Below are positions 30,960-41,605 of a stretch of DNA of 64,000 bases, piece by piece. Position numbers and translations under genes: made by a program. The DNA is from Bacteroidota bacterium (GTDB lineage: Bacteria > Bacteroidota > Bacteroidia > JACCXN01), in NCBI GenBank assembly GCA_013696965.1, contig JACCXN010000072.1, forward strand, positions 9,336-73,335. Reading direction: 5' to 3'. Every line of letters starts with the position of its first letter. Position 1 is the first letter of the stretch. The notes below the pieces were generated by a model that did no database searches, was not told the DNA's origin, and saw only the letters and a program-made list of their open reading frames with translations.

Positions 30960-31886
30960 TTAAAGCATTTTAGATCGCTTTATAAGATAGGGGAGTAGCA
31001 CTTGATTAAAACCCTCACCAATATCTGCCTCTACAAATTCTATTTTATATTGACCACACTTTAACATCAACTCTTTATTGTATTCTTTTATAGCTTTCAA
31101 ATAGTTTGACTTTACTTCGTTTGCGTGGACTTTTACCTCCTCGCCAGTTTCAACATCAATAAATTGATAGGGTCGGTTTTCAAATTCAAAATCTAGTTCT
31201 TTCTTTTTATCTGTAACATGAAACAGTATTACCTCATGTTTATTATGCCTGAGATGTTGAAGGGAAGAAAATAAATCATCCTTGGAAGCTGAACTTTCCA
31301 TCATGTCACTAAAAATTATCACCAATGAGCGGCGATGAATATTATCAGCAATTTTATGCAATGCCTGAACTGCAAATGTTTTCTTTTTATCCGGCTTATC
31401 TTCCAGCAATTGCTCCATTTGATCAAAAAGATATTTATGATGCATTGAAGTTGATTTGGACGGAGTATGCAATTCAACATCCTGGGAAAACACACTTAAG
31501 CCGGCTGCGTCTCTTTGTCTTCCAAGGAGTTCAATGAGTGCGGCTGCGCAATATATTGAAAAATGGATTTTACTAAACTGGTTATCCTTTAAAGATTCCT
31601 TCAAGGGATAATACATTGAAGAGGAATTGTCAATGATTAACTGACATCTTAAATTTGTTTCTTCTTCAAAGCGCTTTATAAATAATTTTTCTGTACGGGC
31701 ATATAATTTCCAATCAATATGCCTTGTTGACTCACCGGTATTGTAAATGCGGTGCTCAGCAAATTCAACTGAAAAACCATGAAAAGGACTTTTATGCAAA
31801 CCGGTAATAAAACCTTCTACAACTTGTTTGGAGAGTAGTTCAAGATGGGAATACTGCTGAAGTTGGTGTAGGTCTATGCTTGCCAT
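30960..31886 (-). CDS. DUF58 domain protein (vWA-like, MoxR/Bat-associated family)
   Basis: FHGFSVEFAEHR.Y..GESTRHIDWK signature of DUF58; no adjacent MoxR ATPase in this window. Confidence 0.75.
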   Translation of the reverse strand: MASIDLHQLQQYSHLELLSKQVVEGFITGLHKSPFHGFSVEFAEHRIYNTGESTRHIDWKLYARTEKLFIKRFEEETNLRCQLIIDNSSSMYYPLKESLKDNQFSKIHFSIYCAAALIELLGRQRDAAGLSVFSQDVELHTPSKSTSMHHKYLFDQMEQLLEDKPDKKKTFAVQALHKIADNIHRRSLVIIFSDMMESSASKDDLFSSLQHLRHNKHEVILFHVTDKKKELDFEFENRPYQFIDVETGEEVKVHANEVKSNYLKAIKEYNKELMLKCGQYKIEFVEADIGEGFNQVLLPYLIKRSKML

Positions 31887-32028
31887 TTTAAGTCAATCAA
31901 TTTTGTTAATTCGCCAATTGTAATTTTCCTTTTAAAATCACAATTATTTTAAGTCTTAATAATAAACTTACAACAATTCAATTTAGTATTAATTATCGAA
32001 TTGGCGAATTATCAAATTGATTTAAAGT

Positions 32029-32346
32029 CTAAAGGTGGGCGTCAATTTTTGCTGCAAGCACAGATTTTGGCACAGCTCCAACTTGCTTATCCACAATTTC
32101 TCCGTTTTTAAAAAACAAAATAGTTGGAATGTTTCTTATACCAAACTGTGCAGAAATACCAGGATTATTATCAACATCTAATTTTCCAATTACTGCTTTC
32201 CCTTCGTATTCCTTGGAAAGTTCCTCTACTATTGGCCCAACCATTCTGCATGGACCGCACCATTCTGCCCAAAAGTCAACTAAAACAGGCTGATTTGATT
32301 TCAATACTGTTTCTTCAAAATTAGCATCTGTGAATTCTAAAGCCAT
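32029..32346 (-). CDS. trxA: thioredoxin
   Basis: 105 aa, WCGPC active site. Confidence 0.9.
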   Translation of the reverse strand: MALEFTDANFEETVLKSNQPVLVDFWAEWCGPCRMVGPIVEELSKEYEGKAVIGKLDVDNNPGISAQFGIRNIPTILFFKNGEIVDKQVGAVPKSVLAAKIDAHL

Positions 32347-32469
32347 AATTTATGTTTTATTTTTATAATGAATGTTTATTTTACTAATAGTTGTAAAAGT
32401 ATATAATTTACTGTCTTCTCCCAAAAAATAGTCTGATTTTAAATATAAAAACGCATTTAATATAAATTA

Positions 32470-35400
32470 TTATTGCAAACTCAAATCAATAATTTTCCAG
32501 GATTTCATTTCATCTAGAAATTCTTTTTCCAGGTTTACTTTTAACTGTTTGGCAGGCATGTCAATTTTAATATTCTCAACAGGGTCATAAACAGTGATAT
32601 TCAACCTGCATTTTCCGGAATTTTTTCGAATTAACTGATCAAGCTTTTCAATTAAATCTTCATTGATATTTGACAATGCAATTTTCAAATTAAGGTTTTT
32701 GACCAAATTATCTTTTACATCGGTTAACAGCTGAATAGTATGTATTTTAAATTCGAGCTGTTCTGGCGCTCCCCATTTCCTGTTTTGAGCTTTCCCTTTA
32801 ACAAATAGGAAACAATCTTTTATCATATATTTCTGAAAGTTCAGATAATCCTCTGAAAACAATGCAAACTGAAAGGAACCAGTATAATCTTCTACCGTTA
32901 GAAGTCCGAATTGTTTGCCCATTTTAGTGGTGCGGTGAATAAAGTCAGTTACAATGCCTGCTATGGCCACATCCCTGCCTTTTACCTCCTCTAAATTTCC
33001 AAGTTGATTTAATTGAACATTACAAAAAGTATCAATTTCTAATTTAAAATCATCGAGTGGATGACCGGATATATAAATTCCAATGACTTCTCTTTCGCGG
33101 GAAAGCCTTCTTAATGTGGGCCATTCTTCAATAATTGGCACTTGTGGAAGGGCAATATCAACTGATGAGGCTTCTCCAAAAAGATTTGGGGCTGCACTAT
33201 CGTTTTCTTGACAACTGTTCCCATAACGGATTATTTTCTCAAGAAATGTAGCAGCGTTGGCATTGTCCTGGTAAAAATATTGAGCACGGTTAAAAGTACC
33301 CAATGAATCCAGGGCGCCACCAAAAGTAAGACTTTCAAAACATTTTTTATTTGCAGATTTTAAATCAACCCTCCTTACAAGGTCAAATATATCGGCATAA
33401 AGCCCATTTTTTTTGCGCTCCTTAACAAGAGCTTCAACAGCCGCTTCTCCAATTCCTTTAATTGCACCTAATCCAAACCGGATCTGGTCATTTTTATTTA
33501 CCGTAAACATATATTCACTCTCATTCACATCGGGACCAAGCACTGAAACCCCCATTCTTTTACACTCTTCCATAAAAAAACTTATCTTATCAATGTTGCT
33601 CAAGTTATGAGTAAGAACAGAGGCCATATATTCGGCCGGATAATTGGTTTTAAGGTAAGCAGTCTGATATGCAACAACTGAATATGCTGCCGAATGGGAT
33701 CGGTTAAAACCATATTCAGCAAATTTGGCCATTATGGCAAAAATTTCTTTGGCTTGATCTTTTGGAACATTGTGTATTTTTTGTGCGCCTTCAATGAAAA
33801 TAAGGCTTTGGCGCTCCATTTCTTTATGGTCTTTTTTACCCATTGCCCTTCGAAGCAAATCTGCCTGGCCAAGGGAATAGCCAGCCATTATTTGAGCTGT
33901 TTGCATGATTTGTTCCTGGTAAACCATTATTCCATAGGAATAGTTAAGTATTGGTTCCAGCAATTCATGTGGATAAGAAACTTCTTCTCTACCGTGTTTC
34001 CTGTTGATAAAATTAGGAATAAATTGCATTGGACCTGGCCTGTAAAGGGCATTCATGGCAATAAGGTCTTCAATGTTATTGGGTTTTAAATCAACAAGGT
34101 GTTTACTCATTCCATCGCTCTCAAACTGAAAAATACCAACAGTATCCCCTCTTTGAAACATCTGATAGGTTTTCTCATCATCCAAAGGAATATTATCAAT
34201 ATCTATTATTTGCCCTTTATTGCTCTTTATAAGCCTGATAGCATCACGGATAATTGTTAAATTTTTGAGACCTAAAAAGTCCATTTTAAGCATTCCAGCA
34301 CTTTCAATGTATTTTCCATCAAACTGGGCAACCAATAAATCAGTTTCCTTAGAAGTTGAAACAGGAATGTAGTTTAACATATCATCGGGAGCAATAATGA
34401 TTCCTGCGGCATGAATACCGGTATTGCGCACCGAACCTTCAAGTTTTACGGCAAGTCTTAGCGTTTCACCCCTTAAATCATTTCCCTTTCTGATGTCATC
34501 AAATTCTTTTGCCTCAAAAGCTTTCTTTAAAGTAACACCTGCACCATCCGGAACCATTTTTGCCAACAGGTTTGCTTCGGAAAGAGGCAAATCAAGAACT
34601 CTTGAAACATCTTTAATGGATGATTTTGCAGCCATTGTTCCAAAAGTAATAATCTGAGCAACCTGGTTTCTTCCGTATTTTTGAACCACGTAATCAATTA
34701 CCTTTCCACGGCCTTCATCATCAAAATCGGTATCGATATCGGGCATGGAAACACGTTCGGGGTTTAAAAACCTTTCAAAAAGCAAATTGTATTTGATGGG
34801 ATCAATATTTGTAATACCTACACAATAAGCAACTGCTGAACCAGCAGCAGATCCTCTTCCGGGCCCAACTGCAACATCCATTTTACGGGCTTCATTAATA
34901 AAATCTTGTGTAATAAGAAAGTAGCCTGCAAATCCCATGGTTTTAATTATGAATAGCTCATGGTTAATTCTTTCTTCTACTTCCTGTGTAATTTCTTTAT
35001 ACCTTTCCTTGGCGCCTTTAAAAGTCAAGTGTTTAAGAAATTCATCAGCTCCTGAAAATTCTTCAGGAATAGGATAATTAGGTAAAAGAATATCTCGCTT
35101 TAATTTTAGAACTTCAACCTTGTCAACAATTTCATTTGTATTGTCAATTGCTTCAGGTATATCGGCAAATAAGGTATTCATTTCTGCCTGGTTCTTAAAG
35201 AAAAATTCATTGTTAGGAAAACCAAACCGCCTATCCCTGCCATGACCAATCTCAGTTGATTTCTTTTCCCCGGTATTCACACATAATAATATATCATGAG
35301 CCTCTGAATCTTCTTGTTCAATATAATGGGAATCGTTGGAAGCAATAATTTTAACATTGTATTTTTTCGCAAATTTCAACAATACTGCATTTACCCTTTC

Positions 35401-35952
35401 CTGTTCCTCCATTCCGTGACGCTGCAATTCCACATAATAATCCTCACCAAAAATATCGAGCCACCATTTAAAAAGTTCTTCTGCCTCGGCTTCGTTTTTA
35501 TTCATAATTGCCTGAGGCACTTCAGCTCCAAGGCAACAAGTTGTTGCAATAAGGTCCTGGTGGTATTGTAAAATAAGCTCTTTATCAATTCGGGGCCATT
35601 TGCTGTATAAGCCATCAATATAGCCCAAAGAACAAAGCCTGCTTAAATTTTTATATCCATTGGCATTCTTTGCAATTAACAACTGATGGTAACGCTGATC
35701 TTTTTGTTCTTTTGTGAAATTTTTTTTAAATCTGTCTTCAACAAGATAAAATTCGCATCCAACTATTGGTTTTACATTGTATTTACTTGCCTCTGCAACA
35801 AATTTAAACACCCCAAACATATTGCCATGATCTGTTATGGCAACTGCTTTCATGTTGTCTTCTTTGGCCTTTTTGAATAAACCGGAAATATCAGCAGCAC
35901 CATCCAACAATGAATACTGAGTATGAACATGTAAATGAGAAAAATCAGGCAT
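32470..35952 (-). CDS. dnaE: DNA polymerase III alpha subunit
   Basis: N-terminal PHP domain (HLHVHTQYSLLDGA), polymerase core; 1160 aa. Confidence 0.95.
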   Translation of the reverse strand: MPDFSHLHVHTQYSLLDGAADISGLFKKAKEDNMKAVAITDHGNMFGVFKFVAEASKYNVKPIVGCEFYLVEDRFKKNFTKEQKDQRYHQLLIAKNANGYKNLSRLCSLGYIDGLYSKWPRIDKELILQYHQDLIATTCCLGAEVPQAIMNKNEAEAEELFKWWLDIFGEDYYVELQRHGMEEQERVNAVLLKFAKKYNVKIIASNDSHYIEQEDSEAHDILLCVNTGEKKSTEIGHGRDRRFGFPNNEFFFKNQAEMNTLFADIPEAIDNTNEIVDKVEVLKLKRDILLPNYPIPEEFSGADEFLKHLTFKGAKERYKEITQEVEERINHELFIIKTMGFAGYFLITQDFINEARKMDVAVGPGRGSAAGSAVAYCVGITNIDPIKYNLLFERFLNPERVSMPDIDTDFDDEGRGKVIDYVVQKYGRNQVAQIITFGTMAAKSSIKDVSRVLDLPLSEANLLAKMVPDGAGVTLKKAFEAKEFDDIRKGNDLRGETLRLAVKLEGSVRNTGIHAAGIIIAPDDMLNYIPVSTSKETDLLVAQFDGKYIESAGMLKMDFLGLKNLTIIRDAIRLIKSNKGQIIDIDNIPLDDEKTYQMFQRGDTVGIFQFESDGMSKHLVDLKPNNIEDLIAMNALYRPGPMQFIPNFINRKHGREEVSYPHELLEPILNYSYGIMVYQEQIMQTAQIMAGYSLGQADLLRRAMGKKDHKEMERQSLIFIEGAQKIHNVPKDQAKEIFAIMAKFAEYGFNRSHSAAYSVVAYQTAYLKTNYPAEYMASVLTHNLSNIDKISFFMEECKRMGVSVLGPDVNESEYMFTVNKNDQIRFGLGAIKGIGEAAVEALVKERKKNGLYADIFDLVRRVDLKSANKKCFESLTFGGALDSLGTFNRAQYFYQDNANAATFLEKIIRYGNSCQENDSAAPNLFGEASSVDIALPQVPIIEEWPTLRRLSREREVIGIYISGHPLDDFKLEIDTFCNVQLNQLGNLEEVKGRDVAIAGIVTDFIHRTTKMGKQFGLLTVEDYTGSFQFALFSEDYLNFQKYMIKDCFLFVKGKAQNRKWGAPEQLEFKIHTIQLLTDVKDNLVKNLNLKIALSNINEDLIEKLDQLIRKNSGKCRLNITVYDPVENIKIDMPAKQLKVNLEKEFLDEMKSWKIIDLSLQ

Positions 35953-36409
35953 TTAAGGAAATATTTGTCGCTCCTGAAATTGGAACAAGGTTTAAAAATT
36001 GCAAATGTAAAATTAAGAAAAAAGCAGAGGCCTTAGCCTGTTGTTAAAAACTTTAAACGTAAAAAATTTAAACTTAATTTATATTTAAATAGCAGTATCA
36101 TCAATCCAATAAACCAATATGCGACTTGTAAATTAAAGTTTAAAAAATGAAGATAATTGAATAAAAGTACTATGTTTGTGAAGCTTAAAAGTGCTTTTTA
36201 ACAAAAATATCTTCTCCATTTTAAAATTTAATTTTGGAGCACAAAAGCTGTGAAATTATAGAAAAGTGAATTTAAAGAAAACAGTATTTGTTAATTTATC
36301 TAAAAAAGCGTTATACTTAAATTCTTTCTAATTGAAATGATTAAATTATTGATGTTCAAACTAAATTTGATTAACATTTTAAAATTTCAAAAATAATAAT
36401 TGGAAAATT

Positions 36410-37735
36410 ATGCAAAGAATTGTCTTTATAAGAAAAGCTTTAAATTATTTTAATCTTGAGACTGAACTTGATGACTTTGATATTATCCATGAAAATATTT
36501 CAAAAGATATAGTATTTAAGGGTACAAATCTCTGGATTTTAATATTTGCAATAATTATTGCATCCATTGGATTGAATATGAATTCCACGGCTGTGATTAT
36601 TGGTGCAATGCTTATTTCCCCTTTAATGGGCCCAATCAATGGCATGGGATACAGTATTGCAACCTATAATTTTCCTTTATTCAGAAGATCACTTAAAAAT
36701 TTCGCTTTTGCAGTTGTCGCAAGTCTCGTTGCATCAACAACTTACTTTGCTTTAAGTCCAATTTCTACGGCTCAATCAGAACTCTTGGCTCGTACAAGTC
36801 CAACTATTTATGATGTGTTAATAGCATTGTTTGGCGGCCTTGCTGGTATTGTTGCTATCAGTAGTAAACATAAAGGAAATGTAATTCCAGGAGTAGCAAT
36901 TGCTACTGCTTTAATGCCTCCATTATGCACTGCGGGTTTTGGATTGGCAACAGGTAATTTTTATTATTTTATTGGGGCAATTTATTTATTCACAATAAAT
37001 ACAGTTTTTATCGCATTGTCCTCTGTTTTCATATCTCAAATATTAAAATTTCCTATCCGAACAATATCTTTAGATTCTCAAAGAACAAAAGTAAACAGAT
37101 GGATTTCTTTAGTTACTATTTTAATCTTAATTCCAAGTATTTATTTTGGTTACGTTCTTGTTCAAAAAGAAAAATTCTTGGCTAATGCAACTAATTATGT
37201 AAGGAATATTAGCATTGTAGAGGGTAATTACCTGCTGAAAAATGAAATTGATCCTAAGAGCAAAAAGATTATATTAGTTTATGGAGGGGCAAACATGAAT
37301 AACGATCAAAAGGAAAAAATTAAAGAAAAAGCCAAAGATTTCTCCATTGATAATGCAAAAATTATTTTTCAGCAAGGGTTATCTTTTGATTTAATTAACA
37401 ACAAAAATAGTGAGGTAGAAACCCTTAAAGCTGAAATGAACAGATTAAATACTTTACTAAAGTTAAATGAAAACCGTGTTGACAGCATTTCCCAGAGCAA
37501 ATTATTAGGAAAACAAATATACTATGAGATAAAGAACCTATATCCCCAAATAATAAGTTGTTCATATGCCAGCACCTTGTTGTTTAATGATACTTTGGTA
37601 AATTCAAACCAAATGGAAATAGTTGCATTTAATACAAAGGGAAATATAAATAGTATTGATAAAAAGAAAATTGGACAGTGGTTACAAGCCAGGCTTAAAA
37701 CTGAAAAAATAAAAGTTTACTTTGAAAACCAATAA
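36410..37735 (+). CDS. DUF389 family membrane protein
   Basis: N-terminal DUF389-type hydrophobic domain (ISPLMGPINGMG...) followed by a soluble C-terminal domain. Confidence 0.6.
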   Translation: MQRIVFIRKALNYFNLETELDDFDIIHENISKDIVFKGTNLWILIFAIIIASIGLNMNSTAVIIGAMLISPLMGPINGMGYSIATYNFPLFRRSLKNFAFAVVASLVASTTYFALSPISTAQSELLARTSPTIYDVLIALFGGLAGIVAISSKHKGNVIPGVAIATALMPPLCTAGFGLATGNFYYFIGAIYLFTINTVFIALSSVFISQILKFPIRTISLDSQRTKVNRWISLVTILILIPSIYFGYVLVQKEKFLANATNYVRNISIVEGNYLLKNEIDPKSKKIILVYGGANMNNDQKEKIKEKAKDFSIDNAKIIFQQGLSFDLINNKNSEVETLKAEMNRLNTLLKLNENRVDSISQSKLLGKQIYYEIKNLYPQIISCSYASTLLFNDTLVNSNQMEIVAFNTKGNINSIDKKKIGQWLQARLKTEKIKVYFENQ

Positions 37736-37845
37736 TATTTACCATAAAACAACCAGTACAAAAATATATACTCCTATAGTATTGAAAACTTGTCCTTTTA
37801 GTTTTTTCGGTTTAAATTAATCTAGCAGTTGGTATGCCAATACAA

Positions 37846-38047
37846 CACGTAATCAATTACCTTTCCACGGCCTTCATCATCACAATCGGTATCAATATCG
37901 GGCATGGAAACACGTTCGGGGTTTAAAAACCTTTCAACAAGTAAATTGTATTTTATGGGATCAATATTTGTAATACCTCCGCAATAAGCAACTGCTGAAC
38001 CAGCAGCAGATCCCCTTCCGGGCCCAACCGTAACATCAATTTTACGC
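37846..38047 (-). pseudogene. 200-bp internal fragment of dnaE (copy of 34688-34887), open frame retained
   Basis: about 92% nucleotide identity to the dnaE segment encoding ...[46 protein letters not shown]...; same orientation, 3 kb away. Confidence 0.75.
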
Positions 38048-38108
38048 TGAAAAAACGACTCGGTTTTAGTGTAATATCCAAACTTAATATGTTTTTAATA
38101 CCCTATTT

Positions 38109-38560
38109 CTACCTTAACTCCTGCGGAGGCCTTATAAGTTGCTTTATGGCCCTGAAAATGGTTTGAATTTCTTCTCCCTGTTTCCTTAGTCCTCCATCGT
38201 TTTTAATCATTTTCTTTTCCAGTTTTAACAGTACGTCCTTTTCATTTATGATCAATTCACGTATCCGGGTGAAAATCCTGATAATTTGTATGTTTGCTTC
38301 TATAGCTGCTTCACTTTTTTAATACACTGGATAGCATTGCTACACCTTGTTCTGTGAATACACAAGGGAATTTCAGGAGTCCCATTTTCTCTTTAATGGA
38401 TATCACAAAATCCTTGGGAAAACGCGTTTCAATTTCTTTTTACTGGCAGGTTTAATACCCTTATTTCTACTCCATAAATATTGGGCAGCCTAAGTGATAA
38501 AAAAGCTGTTCTTCTTTGTACCTTTCTGTAATGAAATGTTTCAGCAAATTGCCCATTTCG
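38109..38560 (-). pseudogene. decayed ORF6N-domain (KilA-N/antirepressor-like) gene with multiple frameshifts
   Basis: minus-strand translations give ..NIYGVEIRVLNLPVKRN*, ..FTEQGVAMLSSVLKK*, ..SEAAIEANIQIIRIFTRIRELI...IRPPQELR* in three different frames; these are hallmark ORF6N motifs. Confidence 0.55.
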
Positions 38561-38604
38561 GTAAATTGGGAGAAAATTAAAACGTTCTCAATTGCAATAG
38601 GTAC

Positions 38605-39615
38605 TTAATAAAAAACAAGCGAAGTGAATAACAACAGGAGAAAAAATAAGGGGATAAACAATAACAGGTAACTCAATGAAAGCATTATGAAACTTGAAAT
38701 TGTCTTTTTGTAACTTTCACCATATACCTTTTTCATTGCCATGAAAAGATAAACTAAAAGCAGCAGAATTGAAATAGAGAATGAAAAATCAAATACATAG
38801 TGCACAAAAAGCAGGTTTATAATTAAATAGCTGAAAATAAATGTGTGAAAATGAAGGGAAAATATAAAATGTTCGTAAAAGTATTTTCCTTTTCTTATAT
38901 AAATAAACTTCAGTAACAATGCAAAAAAGGGTAGCATCAGGAAAATTAATTTTGAAGAGAAGTTAACTACAACTTCAGTAAATTTAGAATGATCATCAAT
39001 AAATATTTTTATCAGTTGTTTAACTATAAACTTCTCATATTTACTATCATTCGGTCTAATTGAATCTATATAAGTATCAAAACCAACTTTGGAAATTAAG
39101 TTTCTTGTAGAATCAATATTGAAACCAATATTAAAATCATTTCCAAAATCTAATTTTACCACAGCTTTATTTCCTGGTTCATTTGAATGAACAACTTTTT
39201 TGTTTTCAGTATGAGCATAATTTTCATTCTTATTTGGCAAACTGTCGTTTAAACCGCTATTAGTAGTAGTTTCAAACTCAATAAAACTGCTTTTCTGATT
39301 GTTAAGAGAAGAAAACAATAGAAAAAAAGCAACAGAAATAATAATGAAAACTCTGAAAGGAGGAATAAATTTAACTCTTTTTCCTTTTATATATTCAAGT
39401 GTTAAATGCCCGGGGTTAACAAAAAGGGGAATAATGCTTTTAAAAATTTTTGAATCATAGGAAAAGTAATCTCCTAAAAAATCCTGGATAAAATGAATTA
39501 TGGGAACTTTGGCAGGAGTTGTTTTTTGCCCGCATTGCCCACAGTAAGAATCTTTATCATCTATTGGCTTTTCACAATTCAAACAAATTTTCTTCTCTGA
39601 TATAGATTGATCCAT
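38605..39615 (-). CDS. zinc-ribbon-fronted polytopic membrane protein (DUF3667-like)
   Basis: N-terminal CLNCEKP...CGQCGQ double CxxC, central soluble region, C-terminal TM helices. Confidence 0.5.
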   Translation of the reverse strand: MDQSISEKKICLNCEKPIDDKDSYCGQCGQKTTPAKVPIIHFIQDFLGDYFSYDSKIFKSIIPLFVNPGHLTLEYIKGKRVKFIPPFRVFIIISVAFFLLFSSLNNQKSSFIEFETTTNSGLNDSLPNKNENYAHTENKKVVHSNEPGNKAVVKLDFGNDFNIGFNIDSTRNLISKVGFDTYIDSIRPNDSKYEKFIVKQLIKIFIDDHSKFTEVVVNFSSKLIFLMLPFFALLLKFIYIRKGKYFYEHFIFSLHFHTFIFSYLIINLLFVHYVFDFSFSISILLLLVYLFMAMKKVYGESYKKTISSFIMLSLSYLLLFIPLFFLLLLFTSLVFY

Positions 39616-39751
39616 ATACTATTTTTGTGGAAATATAGCTAAATTTAAAATAATTAGCGGAACATGCGTTAATATTATATAAATTTTTACGATATTCGCA
39701 CACCCAAAAAAAGGGAGTAAACTATTATTTAACTTAAAAACTTAATTAACA

Positions 39752-40306
39752 ATGCCTACAAGAATCAGATTACAAAGACATGGTAAAAAAGGGCAAGCCT
39801 TTTTCCATATTGTAATTGCCGATGGTCGTGCACCTCGTGATGGAAAATATATCGAGAAAATAGGCACGTACAACCCGAATACCAATCCGGCAACAATCGA
39901 CATTAATTTTGACAAAGCTTTAACCTGGCTTAAAAACGGAGCACAACCTTCAGATACCTGTAGGGCAATGTTATCTTACAGAGGTGTTCTTTACAGATAT
40001 CACCTTGCAAAGGGTGTTGCAAAAGGCGCTTTAACTGAAGAGCAGGCTGATGCTAAGTTTGAGAAGTGGTTAGAGGAGAAAGAAGGTAGAATTACTGGTA
40101 AAAAAGACAAATTGTCTTCTGGAAAACAAGAAGCTACTAAAAAACGTTTGGCTGAAGAATCAGTTTCAAGGGAGGCAAAAGCTGCCAAAATAGCTGCGAA
40201 AAACACGCCCCCTGCTGAGGAAGTAGCCGTTGAAGAGGCTCCAGCTGAAGAAACAACTTCAGAGCCTAAAGCAGAATCTGCAGAAGAAAACAGTCCAGAA
40301 GCTTAA
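39752..40306 (+). CDS. rpsP: 30S ribosomal protein S16 with Ala/Glu/Lys-rich C-terminal extension
   Basis: MPTRIRLQRHGKKGQAFFHIVIADGRAPRDGKYIEKIGTYNP S16 core. Confidence 0.9.
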   Translation: MPTRIRLQRHGKKGQAFFHIVIADGRAPRDGKYIEKIGTYNPNTNPATIDINFDKALTWLKNGAQPSDTCRAMLSYRGVLYRYHLAKGVAKGALTEEQADAKFEKWLEEKEGRITGKKDKLSSGKQEATKKRLAEESVSREAKAAKIAAKNTPPAEEVAVEEAPAEETTSEPKAESAEENSPEA

Positions 40307-40315
40307 TTTAAAGGT

Positions 40316-40843
40316 ATGCACAAGAAAGATTGCTTCTATCTTGGACATACGGTAAAATTACATGGATATAAAGGTGAACTCAGCATTAAATTAGATGTTG
40401 ATAATCCTTGGGAATACAAAGAATTGGAATCAGTTTTCATTGAAATAGATGAACAACTGATTCCTTTTTTTATTAAACAAATTGATGTTAAAGACAAGGG
40501 CTTTGCTGTTGTAAGATTTGACGGAGTTGATAACCTTGAACAAGCACAAAGACTTTTAAGTAAAGAACTTTATCTGCCTTTAAGTGTTCTTCCTGCTTTA
40601 AATGGCAATAAATTTTATTACCATGAAGTAGTTGATTTCACTGTAGTTGATAAAAATTTTGGTGTTGTTGGTATTGTAAAACAAGTTCTTGATTTCCCTA
40701 ATCAGGCTGTTTTGCAGGTTTTTAAGGATAACAAGGAAATTCTTATTCCGGTTAATGATGAAATCATCAAATCAGTTGACAGAATTCAAAAAGAGGTGAT
40801 AACAGAGACTCCCGAAGGCCTTATTGCCCTTTATTTAAAATAA
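40316..40843 (+). CDS. rimM: ribosome maturation factor RimM
   Basis: follows rpsP; RimM N-terminal beta-barrel plus PRC-barrel pattern (LGHTVKLHGYKGEL...). Confidence 0.8.
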   Translation: MHKKDCFYLGHTVKLHGYKGELSIKLDVDNPWEYKELESVFIEIDEQLIPFFIKQIDVKDKGFAVVRFDGVDNLEQAQRLLSKELYLPLSVLPALNGNKFYYHEVVDFTVVDKNFGVVGIVKQVLDFPNQAVLQVFKDNKEILIPVNDEIIKSVDRIQKEVITETPEGLIALYLK

Positions 40844-40908
40844 ACTTTTCCTTCATTTTTTCTTTATTGCCTTTCTTTTTGTAAATTGCTTTTCTAAATA
40901 TATCAGTT

Positions 40909-41181
40909 ATGGAAACCAATGAAATCACAATTAAGGTAGTTGTAGACGAGTGTAATGTAAAACATCAGATTGATATTGCTATGGAAACCATTATTTATTC
41001 AGAAGATGGGGATAACAAAATAGTATGGCGATCAAAAGATGGAAAATACAAACTACAGGTGTGGAGAAATGGCAATGAAATCGTAATAAATCCGGCAAAT
41101 GTTGATAAGGATGAAAAAATTGTTTCTACTGCTGTGGAAATAGCAGATCAGGTAGACAGAATTAAGCCCGATCAATATTAA
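40909..41181 (+). CDS. small hypothetical protein
   Basis: 90 aa, no motif. Confidence 0.35.
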   Translation: METNEITIKVVVDECNVKHQIDIAMETIIYSEDGDNKIVWRSKDGKYKLQVWRNGNEIVINPANVDKDEKIVSTAVEIADQVDRIKPDQY

Positions 41182-41203
41182 TTGGATTTTTAATTGATCC
41201 AAC

Positions 41204-41605
41204 TTATTTTTTTTCTTTCATGTCCAATTCATTTTGATGAGCTTGTTCGTCTGAGCTTGCCAAGTTCTCTGATTGCTTATTGTATCTGTTTTTTAATTCA
41301 TCTCCAACCGTTTTTTTCCAAAGTGGGTCCCCAATAAAATAGGCTGCCCTGCCAATCATATGAGCTGCAGCAGGACCTGTTAGGAATACAAAGAGTAAAA
41401 TTGCCAAGGCCCTGGTTGTAATAGCGAAATTTTCATAATGAACGGCAAGGCCAATAAGCATAAATCCTACGCCAAGGGTAGCGGCTTTGGTAACAACAGA
41501 AATTCTTAAATACACATCAGGCATGCGTAATATTCCAATAGATGCAGTAAGGATAAAAAATGTTCCCAGAATTAAGAAAACAAGGGTTGTAATTGTAGAA
41601 ATCAT
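41204..41605 (-). CDS. mrpG: Na+/H+ antiporter subunit G
   Basis: last gene of a mrpA-G-ordered operon; MnhG-like TM pattern. Confidence 0.75.
   Translation of the reverse strand: MISTITTLVFLILGTFFILTASIGILRMPDVYLRISVVTKAATLGVGFMLIGLAVHYENFAITTRALAILLFVFLTGPAAAHMIGRAAYFIGDPLWKKTVGDELKNRYNKQSENLASSDEQAHQNELDMKEKK

Noticed and set aside
33413-34089. Antisense ORFs inside dnaE, gyrA, clpC, sucD, pgk and ROK genes (e.g. 33694-34089, 51468-51773, 49223-49507, 25207-25587, 58118-58596, 56480-56770)
   Set aside because: Embedded opposite to long, strongly supported housekeeping genes; low-complexity translations; typical spurious six-frame ORFs.
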